Assembly: GCA_002440125.1 (NCBI GenBank)
Contig: DJRQ01000035.1
Location: 2,900 to 66,899, forward strand
DNA: 64,000 nucleotides
Reading direction: 5' to 3'
From: Bacillales bacterium UBA6356
Lineage (GTDB): Bacteria; Bacillota_I; Bacilli_A; RFN20; CAG-826
Shown here: piece by piece, positions 63,762 to 64,000 of the stretch
Numbering within the stretch: the first letter of the stretch is position 1
Layout: every line of letters starts with the position of its first letter
The notes under the pieces: generated by a model
Seen by the model: only the letters and a program-made list of their open reading frames with translations
Told to the model about the DNA's origin: nothing
The model's database searches: none
Made by a program: the position numbers and the translations under genes

Positions 63762-64000
63762 TTACTTTTTTTCGATAGCGCGTAACTTGGCGCTATGGGA
63801 ACGATTGTTCTCAAGAAGCTCTTTTTGACTGGGCAAGATCGGTTTTCTTGTTAAGTCAAGGAAGGGAGCCTCTCGAATCTCGCTTGGGAGAAGGTCGGGA
63901 CCCGTTCGGTCCCCTTCCACTCTCGTTTCCTTCCGGAAGGCGTCTTTGACCAGTCGATCTTCTAAGCTATGGAAGGTGATGATGACGATCCGAGCGCCGC
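63762..64000 (-). CDS. rsmH: 16S rRNA (cytosine1402-N4)-methyltransferase RsmH/MraW, C-terminal fragment (5' part beyond window end)
   Basis: Manual reverse-complement translation of 64000-63762 gives ...[21 protein letters not shown]...[15 protein letters not shown]. The FHSLEDR block and the RS.SAKLR tail are RsmH hallmarks. Confidence 0.8.
   Translation of the reverse strand, partial: GARIVIITFHSLEDRLVKDAFRKETRVEGDRTGPDLLPSEIREAPFLDLTRKPILPSQKELLENNRSHSAKLRAIEKK

Noticed and set aside
1-64000. Search for CRISPR arrays, transposases, integrases, phage structural genes and toxin-antitoxin pairs
   Set aside because: No regularly spaced direct repeats were seen. No ORF shows a DDE or tyrosine-recombinase motif or phage hallmark proteins. 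The window reads as conserved chromosomal backbone plus the SipW-cognate locus.

Overview
This 64 kb window looks like a chromosomal core region of a mid-GC (roughly 45-50 % by eye) bacterium with Firmicutes-like gene content. It is densely coding, with about 55 CDS, mostly on the minus strand.

The bulk is housekeeping. Reading left to right: a partial GH13 pullulanase, acpS, ftsK, RNase J, a GlpA-like/DUF1667 oxidoreductase cluster, pnp-rpsO, typA, mtnN-ribF-truB, the nusA-ylxQ-infB-rbfA block with rimP, and DegV. Then follows a long minus-strand run: an MFS transporter, cls, an Fe-ADH, galM-galT(type 2)-galK and rimO, ending at tRNA-Thr. After that come a phoP/phoR-phoU-pstBACS phosphate module, rubrerythrin, a GT4 plus acyltransferase glycolipid operon, divergent GH36 and GH2 glycosidases, and a reduced dcw cluster (rsmH, FtsL-like, ftsA, ftsZ).

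Four tRNA genes are present, all on the minus strand: Thr-GGU, Asp-GUC and Phe-GAA in tandem, and an initiator-type Met-CAU. I saw no CRISPR array, transposase, integrase or phage genes.

The most interesting part is 43.0-49.6 kb. It is a compact minus-strand operon of three secreted proteins (225, 209 and 749 aa) that share a SipW-cognate-type (TasA/camelysin-like) leader motif. Between them sits an enlarged 515-aa ER/archaeal-type (SipW-like) signal peptidase. The operon is preceded by a roughly 730-bp strongly AT-rich non-coding region and a divergent TetR regulator, ends at a rho-independent terminator, and is flanked by the tRNA-Asp/tRNA-Phe pair. I read it as a putative sortase-independent fibre/adhesin secretion locus whose composition differs from Bacillus tapA-sipW-tasA.

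Secondary curiosities: NusA carries a roughly 230-aa acidic C-terminal tail and ylxR is absent. The initiator tRNA has C1-A72 and A11:U24 but A29:U41 and C33. The RNase J metal-binding motif is degenerate. The dcw cluster lacks ftsI, mur and ftsW genes.

Coordinates of small regulatory features may be off by 1-2 nt.
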